Source of the DNA: Mytilus edulis
Taxonomy: Eukaryota
Assembly (NCBI RefSeq): GCF_963676685.1
Contig: NC_092344.1
Location: 110,422,001 to 110,486,000, forward strand
Length of the DNA stretch: 64,000 bases
Reading direction: 5' to 3'
Shown in pieces: positions 32,509-44,309 of the stretch. The translations under genes were made by a program, and so were the position numbers. A model generated the notes under the pieces. That model was not told the DNA's origin and did no database searches. It was given only the letters and a program-made list of their open reading frames with translations. Positions within the stretch are counted from its first letter, which is position 1; every line of letters begins with the position of its first letter.

Positions 32509-32891
32509 CTGTAAATTCAGAAATTATTGTGAGGTTGTTATTAGCATGATTATTGCTAAAAATGGGACAGAGTTTAGTTGTAAACGCAATAATTTAAACT
32601 CGCATTTTGAAATATTTTTTATGAATTTAACAGGATTTTTCTCAAAATCCTAAAAATTAAACTTGCATTTAAGTCTTAAATGATAAAATCAGAGGCAGAT
32701 TTAGGTGGGGGCCAGGGCCCCCCATTTCTGGGAAAAATTTGGTTGATTATATAGGGAATCACTGAATCATGACCAGAGCGGGCCCCCTCTTAGGCAGTCA
32801 GTGGGCCCTCACTTATGAAAATTTCTGGATCTGCCACTGAAAATGGCAATGGTGGCAATAATAAATGCACACAATATTTCAGAATTTACAG
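32509..32891. mobile_element. TA-flanked MITE (Tc1/mariner-type) hosting a nested MITE
   Basis: ta|CTGTAAATTCAGAAATTATTGTG ... CACAATATTTCAGAATTTACAG|ta. Confidence 0.7.
32690..32839 (-). mobile_element. ~150-bp hAT-like MITE with 5-bp TSD AAAAT
   Basis: Ends CAGAGGCAGATT / GGATCTGCCACTG. AAAAT at 32685-32689 and 32840-32844. Homologous to 44152-44309. Confidence 0.85.
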
Positions 32892-33364
32892 TATATATGG
32901 TATAATGTATGGGCTTTGCTCATTGTTAAAGGATGTATGTTGACCTATAGTTGTTAACTTTGATGTCATTTGATCTCTGATGGAGAGTTGTCTTTTCTCA
33001 TTAGTGTAAACAATTTTTTTTTTAAATAATTAGGTAATTTAAACATTACAATATAAGACACTTTTATTAGTATTAGGATTGGAAAACAAGTGAATTTTCA
33101 CTTTTACAAATTCCTCTCTTTTCTTATTTGCAATCATACTACATTTTCTTATTTTTATATTTACATTACCTTTCATCTTCTTGAGCGGTCCACTTCCTCA
33201 GTACAACAAGAGGGTCCTAAAAGCATGATTTTGAGTTGGCTAAAAAACCTATAAGATATATTATGATACAATTAACAGGTTTCTTTGCAATTATCTGGCA
33301 AATCACTAAAAAAATTAAGCATATATAAGAGTAGTTAAATAAATGTATTCTCCAATAAATCTTA

Positions 33365-33821
33365 GGTCCGAGACCACAATCATTTCGTAGTGCATTTCTT
33401 TTAGAACATAAATGAAAATAAAAAAAATCCCACCTGCGCTTTCTCAAAGAAACTTTTCCAGTGTGTTGTACTACTTTTGGGACAAATTATATCAAAATTA
33501 TAGAAAACTTCATCGGCTCTAACTCAAAATATGGACAATTTTATGTTTAGAGCGTCTTGAAATCTTTTGACAGCTTCCGAACTTGAAGTGCTAATTTTCA
33601 ACCTTTTTCACCTGGACCAAATCACTACTTTCCTTTAAAATTCTGGACCCAAATTTTTTTACAGTGTAATTTTACCCCCCTACTTGCAATTTGAGGCATT
33701 AAACATGGAGAAATAAATTTGGAAGGGGTATAAAAATTAATGGCAAGTAACCCACTGTCAACACTAGGGACTTTATTCGTGAACAACGAAAATCAAGGGA
33801 CGACAATTGTGGTCTCGGACC
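33365..33821. mobile_element. PIF/Harbinger-type MITE
   Basis: tta|GGTCCGAGACCACAAT ... ATTGTGGTCTCGGACC|taa: perfect 16-bp TIR with TWA flanks. Confidence 0.85.
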
Positions 33822-34327
33822 TAATACATTTCCCCTGTTGACAAGGCAAAACTAAGGAGGGAGCCGGAATATTGAATTGATTGGATCAACAAAGGTTCGA
33901 TTTACTACAATGTTGTCATTAATAGAACAACACCATCTCCAATTCACTGTTTTACAGTGATTTTATCCAAATTTGAATCGAAGAGGCAACTTATTAACCT
34001 CCAATTTGTAAGTTTTCATTTGTATGAAGTCATATTTAGCCATGACGTCTTTGCGCGAAAATCATTCATAAAGTTTCACAGATTTTTTTTGTATGTCAAT
34101 TTATACATTTTTTCAAACTCCATCGTATTATATCTTTTTGTTATGAATTAGAATCGGAATACCAGTACTGTAGTTGAAGAGTTGTCACCGTCAATTGTGG
34201 ATTTGACGGTTGCAAATGCAGTTTTACTGGTGACAGTCACATTTTTTTTTAAATCTGGGTAGATAAGTTTTCATTTTTTAAAGTAGGGCAAGCTGGCAGA
34301 CCTTTATAACATATATATAAAATTTTT

Positions 34328-34725
34328 AAAATCCCACCTGCGCTTTCTCAATGAAATTTTTACAGTGTGCTGTACTACTTTTGGGACAAATTATATCAAA
34401 ATTATAGAAAACTTCATCGGCTCTAACTCAAAATATGGACAATTTTACATATAGGGCGTATTGAAATCTTTTGACAGCTTCGAATTCCGAGGTGCTAATT
34501 TTTAACCTTTTTCAGCTGGACCAAACTCTACTTTTCTAAAAAAAATTAGGGACCAAAATTTTTTTACACTGTTTTTTACCCCCTTTCTTGCAATTTGAGG
34601 CATTAAACATGGAGAAATAAATTTGGAATGGGTATAAAAATTAATGGCCAGTAACCCACTGTCAACACTAGGGACTATATTCGTGAATAACGAAAATCAA
34701 GGGACGACAATTGCGGTCTCGGACC
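34328..34725. mobile_element. Second, left-truncated copy of the Harbinger-type MITE
   Basis: Colinear with ~33424-33821 and ends ATTGCGGTCTCGGACC|tta. Confidence 0.85.
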
Positions 34726-35302
34726 TTATGCATCTTTATTGACAACATATACCATGTATACAGTAAAAAAAAGAATATGAACTCGTGATACACACAGAAA
34801 CGTAAAGAAAAGAAATGAGCAGTGCCTTTTCCTATCATAAAAAAGTGCCTTGCCCTCCACTGGCACCCTGCCCCTTTTGATTTCTAGCTGGAGCACTGTA
34901 TATTGATGTTGTATTCATTTAGATTTTTCCCAAGTAAGGTGAGTTGCCACTGTCATGACTGTTGGCAGGAGTATAATTAGGGATTGAAGTAAAATGTATG
35001 AGCATAAAAGCATAAAAGATTTATTTAAAGTCAGTTATACATATAACAATACATCATAATTAAGCTTTGTAGAGCTTTTATCCGACATGTAAGCTGAGCT
35101 GTCGGATAAAAGCTGAAGTTCAAATTATGGCATTGTAGCCCACATCTTATATTTTTTACACAATTTATATAGTTCTATGAAAGAAAAGCAGAAGTTTTAG
35201 AAGCCCACTCCAAATTTTAGGGGCAAATGGGCCCCTGCTAATTTCAAACCTGGATATTTAACTGGATTTGATCCAAAGTTGCATATAAAGTGGGGTGAGT
35301 TG

Positions 35303-35520
35303 GTAAGGTAGTTCCCACTTGGATTTTCAAGGGTTTAGGGGGGGGGGGGCTATGATGAAAATGTTATCCTGCATTGTCGTTACTTTTTTTTTGGGGGGGT
35401 CCTGGCTTTTAGATTTTTACTCAAAACTTGTCCTTGATATTTCACTTTCATCCAACCCCCAACCACCCTATTTTCTTCCATACAATTCAAATGGTAGATG
35501 AATGAGACTGAGCTCCCTTA
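35303..35520. mobile_element. Degenerate MITE related to 8490-8714
   Basis: TAAGGTAGTT...AGGGGGGG at the left end; TCAAATGGTAG...GCTCCCTTA at the right end. Confidence 0.45.
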
Positions 35521-36494
35521 AAAAGAGTGGAGCAATTTAAAAAAACAGGCCGTGTTGTTAAAAAAAGTGGGGCGTTTGGCGTTTTACCAGTGGGGCGAAC
35601 TGACTTGCTTCCGTTTTTGTCAATTTTTGACTGATTTTCGGGGTTAACATGCATGACGTGGATAAAGTGACTATATATTTTTTCATGAAAGTATAAAACT
35701 AGTCTAACATCGTCCTAAAAATGTGCATGATTATATTTACCTTTCATTGGACAAGTACAAAAAAGTTATCCGGATACACTTTTGTTGCGATGACTTTTTA
35801 AAATGTATGTTTCGTTCCCCGGTTTCTTCCAGTTAATCGGTAGTGTAACCCATTTCAGTATATCTGTTTACAATAGCTTTTTGAACCATCTGTTTGAAAA
35901 ACCAAAGTTCTTTGTATCAACTGTCTGACCATTTCAAACATCAGCAGACGAGCGTCCTTTCGCGTCATATTATACAAAAACGACCACGGTGAAAAGATTT
36001 CCGGTTTTCCGTATTCGAGGATCCAAGCTTTCGTACATTTACGTATAATATCATATCATTTATGTAAGAGTTAACTTAGTCTGGAATCGAGAATGGGGAA
36101 TTAAATAAGGACAAAAAAAAAAAAAAAAAGTTAGTTAAAAAGCAAAAATATAGAATAAAGGATCATTATTCTCAGAGCATATATGTCTCTGGAAGAATCA
36201 TGAGAATAAAGAAAAACTAAATAAAGGATATTCAATCAATTATCTATTATTTATAACTCATTCACATTTTGTTCCATTCATAATTAAATAATTGTGCTGA
36301 GGGGGGCATGATGGTGAAGTTTGGAAAATTGACAAACGAGAATTACTCTAAATCAGAGAATAATTAAATGTAACTGTTAGACAGTTAGAGTGTCATAAAT
36401 AAAATATCATGTACATATATTTTACAAAATGAGGTCACAGAAAACACAGATTTTTGTTATTACTAATAAGAGTCTGCAATTTGAGTATAACTGT

Positions 36495-38000
36495 CAGTGG
36501 CGGTTCCAGAGGGTGGGGGAAAAAGGGGGGGGGCGTAGAGGGGCATACGCCCCCTTTGCTTGGACATTTTTTTTTGTAAACTGATTAATCAGACAAGACT
36601 TCAAGACAAGACTTCGAGAACTTTGCCATTTCCCGTGTATTTTTTTTCATGCGACAATTCTTTACATTAAATGATGTTTTTTGTTGGTATTTACTGATTA
36701 TGTTAAAGTCGTGTGATTCGCTATAGTGGAGTTGACCAGTTCGCCGTAAAAACGTCACTCAGTCATTTTGAAATCCAAATTACAGTAACACATGGATAGA
36801 CTGAGGATGACAATCATGACATCTTCAAAGCGACACAGGATTGATAAGTCTAAAATGACAAAGAGTTTATGAATGACGATCGACAAATGGAGACATAAAG
36901 GCCACAACCCGGCCACTGAGCAGGATTGAGTAAGAATGTATTGACTTCTATTTCACAATTCCACGAGACAGAAACGGTTATACTCTATTACACTTTCATA
37001 AAAAAAAAAAAAGCAATATTATTTACCTACGAAAACATGTGTTACCCAAAACGCCTCGGCCTATTTTAACTAGAAATAACATAGCTGAATGATGATCCTC
37101 AGTCAACATAAGCTCTAGATACGAACCATTTGTTTGAGAAGGCAGTCTGAGATATTTGAAAGAAAAAATCTGACTCTGGTTTTTGCCTTTTAAAAACAAA
37201 AATTATGGCCGTATCTGGATTGAAAACAATAATCTTGTCCACTTTTTTGCTTTAAGAAACGAAAATTTCGAACAGAATCATTTAGCATTAAATAAACATG
37301 ATGAATAAAAAAACCGGGCATATTTTTTTGGGGCGGGGTTTTGCATGTGTGACTGGAATGTCAACTTGTTTCGCCGAACTGATATATTTAATACCTTTTT
37401 TCAAGACCATACTGCAAGCAGCTGCTCAGTGGCCGGGTTGTGGCCTTTATGTCTCCATTTGTCGATCGTCATTCATAAACTCGTTGTCATTTTAGACTTA
37501 TTCGTAGCCTTTGGTTAATTTGGAACCCCTCACTTCCCTTAATTTTGTTGGTTGAAACATTTGGATAAAAATTGCTTGTTTGTCTTTCTTAAATCGTGTC
37601 GGTCTTGTTGTAAATTTCATCGAAAAGCCCGGCGTATATCTGGTTTACAACAAGAAATCTGTACGTTATTCTAACTTAACATACAACAAACGAGAGTTTT
37701 CCATGTCTATTTTTTACTGACAATTCCCACATGTAATTATATATCAGTACATAGCTTTGGTTCCATACTATCATTTTATGAAAGACAATTAATAGGGAGA
37801 ATACAGCATAAAAATTTAAAATGTCCAACCCTTACACTTTACACCAACTTTAAAATATACATGCCCAAATAGGGAACCATTAAAAATATGCATTTTACAC
37901 TTATTTTATGTTTTTTAGCCCCAAAAAGTCCCATTTTTCTTCAAAAAATCTTTAAAAAACTTCGCTCCACCCCCTCTCTAAAATATTGGATCCGCCCCTG
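36495..38000. mobile_element. Non-autonomous hAT-like element with near-perfect 5-bp TSD
   Basis: CAGTGGCGGTTCCA / TGGATCCGCCCCTG ends; flanks ACTGT and CCTGT. Confidence 0.7.
36847..37498. mobile_element. Nested element with ~77-bp TIRs
   Basis: AGTCTAAAATGACAAAGAGTTTATGAATGACGATCG...CCACTGAGCAG (36847-36923) is the near-perfect reverse complement of 37422-37498. TA flanks. Confidence 0.85.
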
Positions 38001-38127
38001 CCTGTGACCGTGTCCAACAGTTGTCAGTGAATTAGAAATTTTACTATAAATCTGACACAAGTTCAGTTAAGAATCTGTGACAATTTGGATTTTCCTTGTA
38101 ATATTCTTAGGAAATGTCCTATAAATA

Positions 38128-38260
38128 TAAAAAAAGAAGATGTGGTATGATTGCTAATGAGACAACTATCCACAAGAGACCAAAATGACACAGAAATTAA
38201 CAACTATAGGTCACCGTACGGCTTTCAACAATGAGCAAAGCCCATACCGCATAGACAGCT
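38128..38260 (-). repeat. High-copy short interspersed repeat (GAAGATGTGGTATGATTGC...GAGACAACT...AAAGCCCATACCGC)
   Basis: Related copies at ~29760-29960, ~32900-33000 and ~40060-40310 within this window. Confidence 0.7.
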
Positions 38261-38312
38261 AGAAGTTTCAAATTCCTACTGCCTCATTCGCCTCCTTCAT
38301 TTAAAATTACAT

Positions 38313-38768
38313 CATAGGCGGATCCAAAAGGGGGGAGGGGGCTAAATGTTGGACTTGATCTGTTTGTCCAAGGTTAAACAATATATTTTGTTTTATAATT
38401 CTCAACTCATGAACTATGCAAACATTTTTAACACTACTTCTCATTATATTCAACAAAAAGCTCACCAGTTCTTATCTTCACATGTTTGTCAAAATGACCA
38501 ATCAAATCAGAATTTTACTTACTAAATTTGCCGTGAAATATTCTAAAACATAAGTTGCCAAATATTGAAGTTCCTAACTGTTTATAATTCACAGTACCTG
38601 AATTCACTCATGTATCCCCCCCCTTTTTTTTTGAAAAAAATTGATTGATCATATAAGGAATCACTGAAGTATTACTGGAGCGGCCCCCTCTTAGGCAGCC
38701 AATGGGCCCCCACTTATGAAAATTTCTAGATCAGCCACTGCTTATGAAAATTGCTGGATCCGTCACTG
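38313..38768 (-). mobile_element. Interrupted copy of the ~150-bp hAT-like MITE with a tandemly duplicated terminus
   Basis: CATAGGCGGATCCA at 38313 and body at ~38615-38740. The 28-bp end CTTATGAAAATT.CT.GATC.G.CACTG is repeated at 38741-38768. Confidence 0.6.
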
Positions 38769-41700
38769 GCACAATTTTTAGTTTTATGTCATCGTAAGTC
38801 CAACGGGTTACTGTTGTTTTTATCCTTCATTCTTTTGACTTTTCTCAATTTATTGGATTTATGGCTGTAATTAACTACTACTTTAATTGGTATCCAGTAT
38901 CGTACGGAACGAAGTATGTAGACTAAGTGTTTGTCGTGATTTAAACACGATAGTAGTGTTTCTTTCCCCTAAACATTATGAGCCGCATTGAACAGGATAG
39001 ATAACCTCAGACCTCAAACAGTTACACTCTGAAACATTTTCAAGTACTTTCTATATGCTCATGTGTATTTTCTTGTTAGCATAGTTTTGTACTTGGACAG
39101 GTAATCAGAATGATCAACAATCATGTATTGGCAATGTTAATTGGTCACGTTTGTTTGACTGAACAACCAAACCAGGTAATTTGTAATTTTGATGGCCTCA
39201 CATGTCATGCATGTACAATGTTAATGTATACATTCAGTCATTTTTATAACACAAGGGTTACAAATAAGAAAATCCTAAATAAGATATGCAAATCTATAAT
39301 CAAGTGCCATAACTTACTGTATGAAGCACCTGTTTGTTCTGAGACTACTATAACACATACATATATGTGTGTGTAACTGTTATAGTATTCTCAGATTTGA
39401 TTTAAGAATTATAAGGATTAAAGACATTTTTCAAACTCACAAACATTACCAACGGACTTTATTCAGTTAGAGAGTTAATCGCCCTGGTTTATACATCACT
39501 AACCTCTAGAAAAAATGTTAAATCCTAAAATCATTGAGATATTTAATACTGATAAAGCTATATTACTATATAAGTCCTTCAAATTAATCTAGGTATCTGA
39601 AATTTGAAATCAAAGATGTATACACACATATATATTTACAAATTCCACCCTTATGACTCTACAAGAGATAAATATAAAACTTTTTGTAGTTGCATCTAAT
39701 CCACTATCAAGGGAGATAATTTATGCCAAATAAAAAGATTAGTAATAAAATCTTTTGATGATTATATGTGCCCCTTTATGGAAAATCTTCAGACAAAGGT
39801 TAACAGCTTTAATGACATACCGAATGAGACTTTAATAAATATATAACGTCCCTTTGCATTCTTTATTGTTCCTTTTTATAATTCGGAAAAGCGTTTTAGT
39901 ATGTTATGAGAATTAAGGCCAATAGGTAATCAAGATTTTAACAGCTCATGCCACTTGAAGTACTCTGGCCTGGTATGCATACAACAGAAGTTGAACTACA
40001 GTTAAGATTTGTTCTACGTACCCTAAGATAAATTAGTAGATTGGATATCTTAATTTGATATAGGAAGATGTGGCAATGAGACAACACTCCATCCAAGTAA
40101 CAATTTATAAAAGTTAACCATTAAAGGTTAAGGTACGGCCTTCAACACGGAGATTTGGCTCACAACGGACAGCAAGCTATTTATAAGGGCCCCAAAAAAT
40201 TACTAGTGTAAAACCATTTAAACGGGAAACCCATCGATATAATCTATATAAAAATAAAAAACGAGAAACACTTATGAACCACATAAACAGACGACAACCA
40301 CTGAACTGAATATCAGCCCATGATTTTTTTTATGTAAATTATCATACCAAAATATGAAAAAAAATGAGGTGGCAAAAGAATAATCACAAGTCTTACTCAG
40401 GTAATAAAACAACACTACATCTGGCTAAAAAATGTTCTTACCAGTCGCTACAAATTTGAGCAAATTAATACGAAATTGTATGAAAGAGTTGAAATTGATA
40501 CTTTTATGCAATTTTTTTTAAATGCGTCTGAAAGATTAATGTCATTAAATCTATCTTGAGAGTATATGGAAAGAGTTGCTTAAAAGCTTTTATAAAAACA
40601 AGACATTTTCTCTACATTTACTGCAGACAAATGCCTTGTAAAAGTTCGGAATAACACAAGACTGTTGTAGAAATCTATTAAATATTTGCATAAAATAATT
40701 TATTTGATGGTTTACTGTCGGTTATGACATGCTAACACAGGACTATGAAGACAGATCGGTGCCATTTGCAGTCGTTTTCCAAACAATTCAATCCATATAA
40801 TTGAAAGCAATTTAATTTCTACCGAGTTTGATGTATCGTGCTATCAAGACTTCTATGACATTCCTGTAAAGAACTACGAATTATCTTGGAAAGCTTTGAT
40901 CAACCAATATCAGTCATTAGAACAGTTTAAGGAAATATTCTCAAAAGATCTCAATAAAAGATCTCAAAAAAGTCAATAACGAATGATTCTTTCTGGCTTA
41001 AAATTGAAAAAAGTAGTCCCTTTTTGTCTGTAATAAACGTGGTCGTAATTGTTACCAAAATTCCACACTTGACTCTTTCTTAAAAATTAATTAAAATTGA
41101 TTTAGATCGCAACCCTTTTACGAAATGCGATAAAATATCAAACGAACCTCCCACTCACTCTTGCTAGAAAAAAGCAAAAACAGCAAAAAAAAAAAAACCA
41201 ACTTGCAAGCTAAAAAAAAAAACCAACTTGCAAGCTGATAAAATCGTTTTCAAGTTGAAATTAGAACACAATTTAAAGCTCAATATCTTCACATTTAAAA
41301 TTTCGATTCCATTCATCAATGTGCAAAAAACTAATAAATATACAAAAACAAAATGGTTGTTTGATCTTTTCCAGTTTAAGATAGAACGAGGTTAGAACGG
41401 ATATCGTAAAATAACATATATCAAATAATGCTGTTGAAACATTAGGCAACTTTAAGATTGTATTGAATTTACTTTTTGAACACGAAAAATGTTTTAACGT
41501 CGTCAAGATAAACATATTTGGGATCAATTCTAAAGGTCTTTTTTTCAAAGAATACAATGCTCCTTTTGGGAAAGCTGATGGTAGTGGTTTAAATGCGATG
41601 AACAATCAAATATCATTTTTTGACATTTTTTTAAATGTTAAAACTTCTGTGAATATTGGTTTATCTTTTTAGGAATAAATATTGGAGTCTTCATGGAATA

Positions 41701-44151
41701 AACGTCCACACGTGTATCCTCTACTGAACCCTTTACCAATATTATTGGTTAATGATTTTCTTAATTAAGCATTTTAAATAAGGCTATTCTTCTCAGAGGA
41801 ATGGAGTCCTTTTATATTTAACTACTTTGAAAATTAGCCTTCTTTTATGTTCATGCATAATCAATATGATTAATCAATGTAGCAAAAATTTATTAAATCT
41901 CAGAGTAGCTTGATCGATTATAAAAAACAAAGATTGGGTTTGAGTTTCATCATTTCACTTCCGGACGGATATGACATGCAGAAAATATCAATAAAATTAA
42001 GAATATTGCCGCCTTGAGTTCAGTTAAAAAAAATCCTAGAAATGAGCAATCGTCAAGGATACATCTATAGTATAAGGTGAAAGTTATACCGCTTCCCTTA
42101 AAATGTTTAAATAGTTGAGGTCATTTAGGATTCTTTCTAAACACAATCTGATATTTTCACATGTATATATTTTTTTGGGGAAGATGTATTTTTAGTATTG
42201 TTTTGTTACTTTTAGTTCACATTTGGTCAATTTCGATTTCTTTTATACAGGATATTCATCTTCTCTCATCTATTTGTCCACATTTTGCCTGGTCTTTTCT
42301 TTTATAGACTTGCTAACACAGTTAGTAGCAAATATTAATACAGACATTTGTTGGAGTATAGGAATGTATTACTAATTGTTGGATTCTTAATGTAAAACAA
42401 TAATATGATCAGTATTCATTTTCATTTTTACAACAATCACAATGTTATCGATTAAAGCCGTCGATGTTCGTCTCCGGACAATGATAAATCATCGATATCA
42501 GACATAGACTTTCATCTCTGCAATAATAGACGAGAAAAAGAACGTTTTCTGTAATGTCAAAATTGACATAGCCACCATTTCTAATCTGAACGTTTTAATA
42601 AGTTTTGCATTTTTGCAAGTACATTGGATAGACTCTGACATAAAAATCTACAGAATAGTTGTATACGTCACATGAAATCAAATTTATACCGATTATAAAT
42701 GTCTCGGCATCGATGAAAATGATTGTTTTCATTACGCCTGGGTAACTACAATTTAGTAAATTCGTCGAGATTTTTTAATCGATAGGGAAGTGTCAGAATA
42801 TGAGAAATGTTCTATCTTATTAATTCAGTACCATTCTTTGTTATATTTTAGGTTGAAATTTGTGATATTGATTTGCGGCTGTCTGCCAGAAATATTGCTG
42901 ATGTAGCGTCAAAATGATGAAAAGCCAAAACGTTTGATGAGAAATTGGCATGTTGATCCGTCTTCGGAGTGGTAAAAACAAAATTCTACCACTTTCTGAA
43001 GAAAATTTATAACGGTTAATTTGCTAGAAAGCTTTGTTTTCCCTACATATATAAAACTGTAAAGAACTTGAGTTAGTACGTAGACACTTCTTGAAGCATA
43101 AAAAACGTTATTTTTGTATGCATAATTTATTATATGATTTTTTTACAGAAAAAAAACAATAATCATGTACAAGAATTATGGACATTTCAAGGCGAGATAA
43201 CTCGTGTTAATTTTCTATTCTGGTTCCCAATTTGTTCTCATCATCTGGTGACCAGTAGATAAGAAAAGATAACTCCCCTAAACAAACACCCCACCAATAG
43301 ATGTCGATTTGCCGTTAGGCATATTGCGTAATTAATGATATTAGCAATTACACGATAATTCCAGAAGCAATAGATTTTAGAAGGGATCCCCACTACGACT
43401 TTAAAAACTCTAGGTCAGCCAAATAAAGGTTAATGATCCTTGATTTTAGAAGAAATATCCGAAGCAGATATCAATAATAAATTATCTGTTGATTTTGTAA
43501 ATATGAACAAAGAGGTTATATGATACAGACCATTCTCTTAAATTGTATTTGAAAAGTAACGGTGTAAAACAAAGTTGTGGAATAGAGAATTTGAAGCTGT
43601 AAAGTCTGATTTTGTTATTGAAATTTATAAAATCATTTGCTTAACTATGTATTTATTGTTAATTCTATATATCATATATATACTTTATTTAAGACAAATG
43701 TATCAAAAAGTTTTGATTCGTTTATTCTACATTTGCCAGAGGTACAATTAATGTATAGCGAGAGGGTTGAGTTCTCACAAAACATGTTTCACCCTGCCGC
43801 ATTTTTACGCCTGTCCCAAGTCGGGAGCTCCTTGTCTGTCTTTTTTTATTCTTGTGGGTTGTTTTTAATTTTAGTTCATTCAAGGATTTGTATAGTTCAT
43901 TTATGTGTTTAATTTTTTGGAGTTTAGTATGACGTCGATTTTCATTAATTCTTTCACAAACATTCGAAACTCAACTAGACCCAACTCGAATAATTCAGTG
44001 CCCTCTATCTACTACTTTTCTCGTGAGTGTGATCGAAGTGATCATAATATAACGACTGGATTATTCGGGTTAAACTAGACCTTACTAATTCAACAGTGAT
44101 AAACACAGAGTAGGAATTTTTCTTTGTTCGCAAGTTTAATAGAGAGAATCC

Positions 44152-44309
44152 CAGTGGCGGATCCAGGAATTTTCATACGTGGGGGCCCACTGACTGACCT
44201 AAGAGGGGGCCAGCTCCAGTCACCTTTCAGTGATTCCCTATATAAGCAACCAAATTGTTTTCCCAAAAAGGGGGGCCCGGGCACCCTGCCCCCCCTAGAT
44301 CCGCCTCTG
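44152..44309 (+). mobile_element. ~158-bp hAT-like MITE with 5-bp TSD AATCC
   Basis: CAGTGGCGGATCCAGG / CCTAGATCCGCCTCTG ends. AATCC at 44147-44151 and 44310-44314. Confidence 0.88.

Noticed and set aside
40540-41900. Patches that look like decayed coding sequence
   Set aside because: Multiple stops, no recognisable motif and no consistent splice structure; cannot be assigned.
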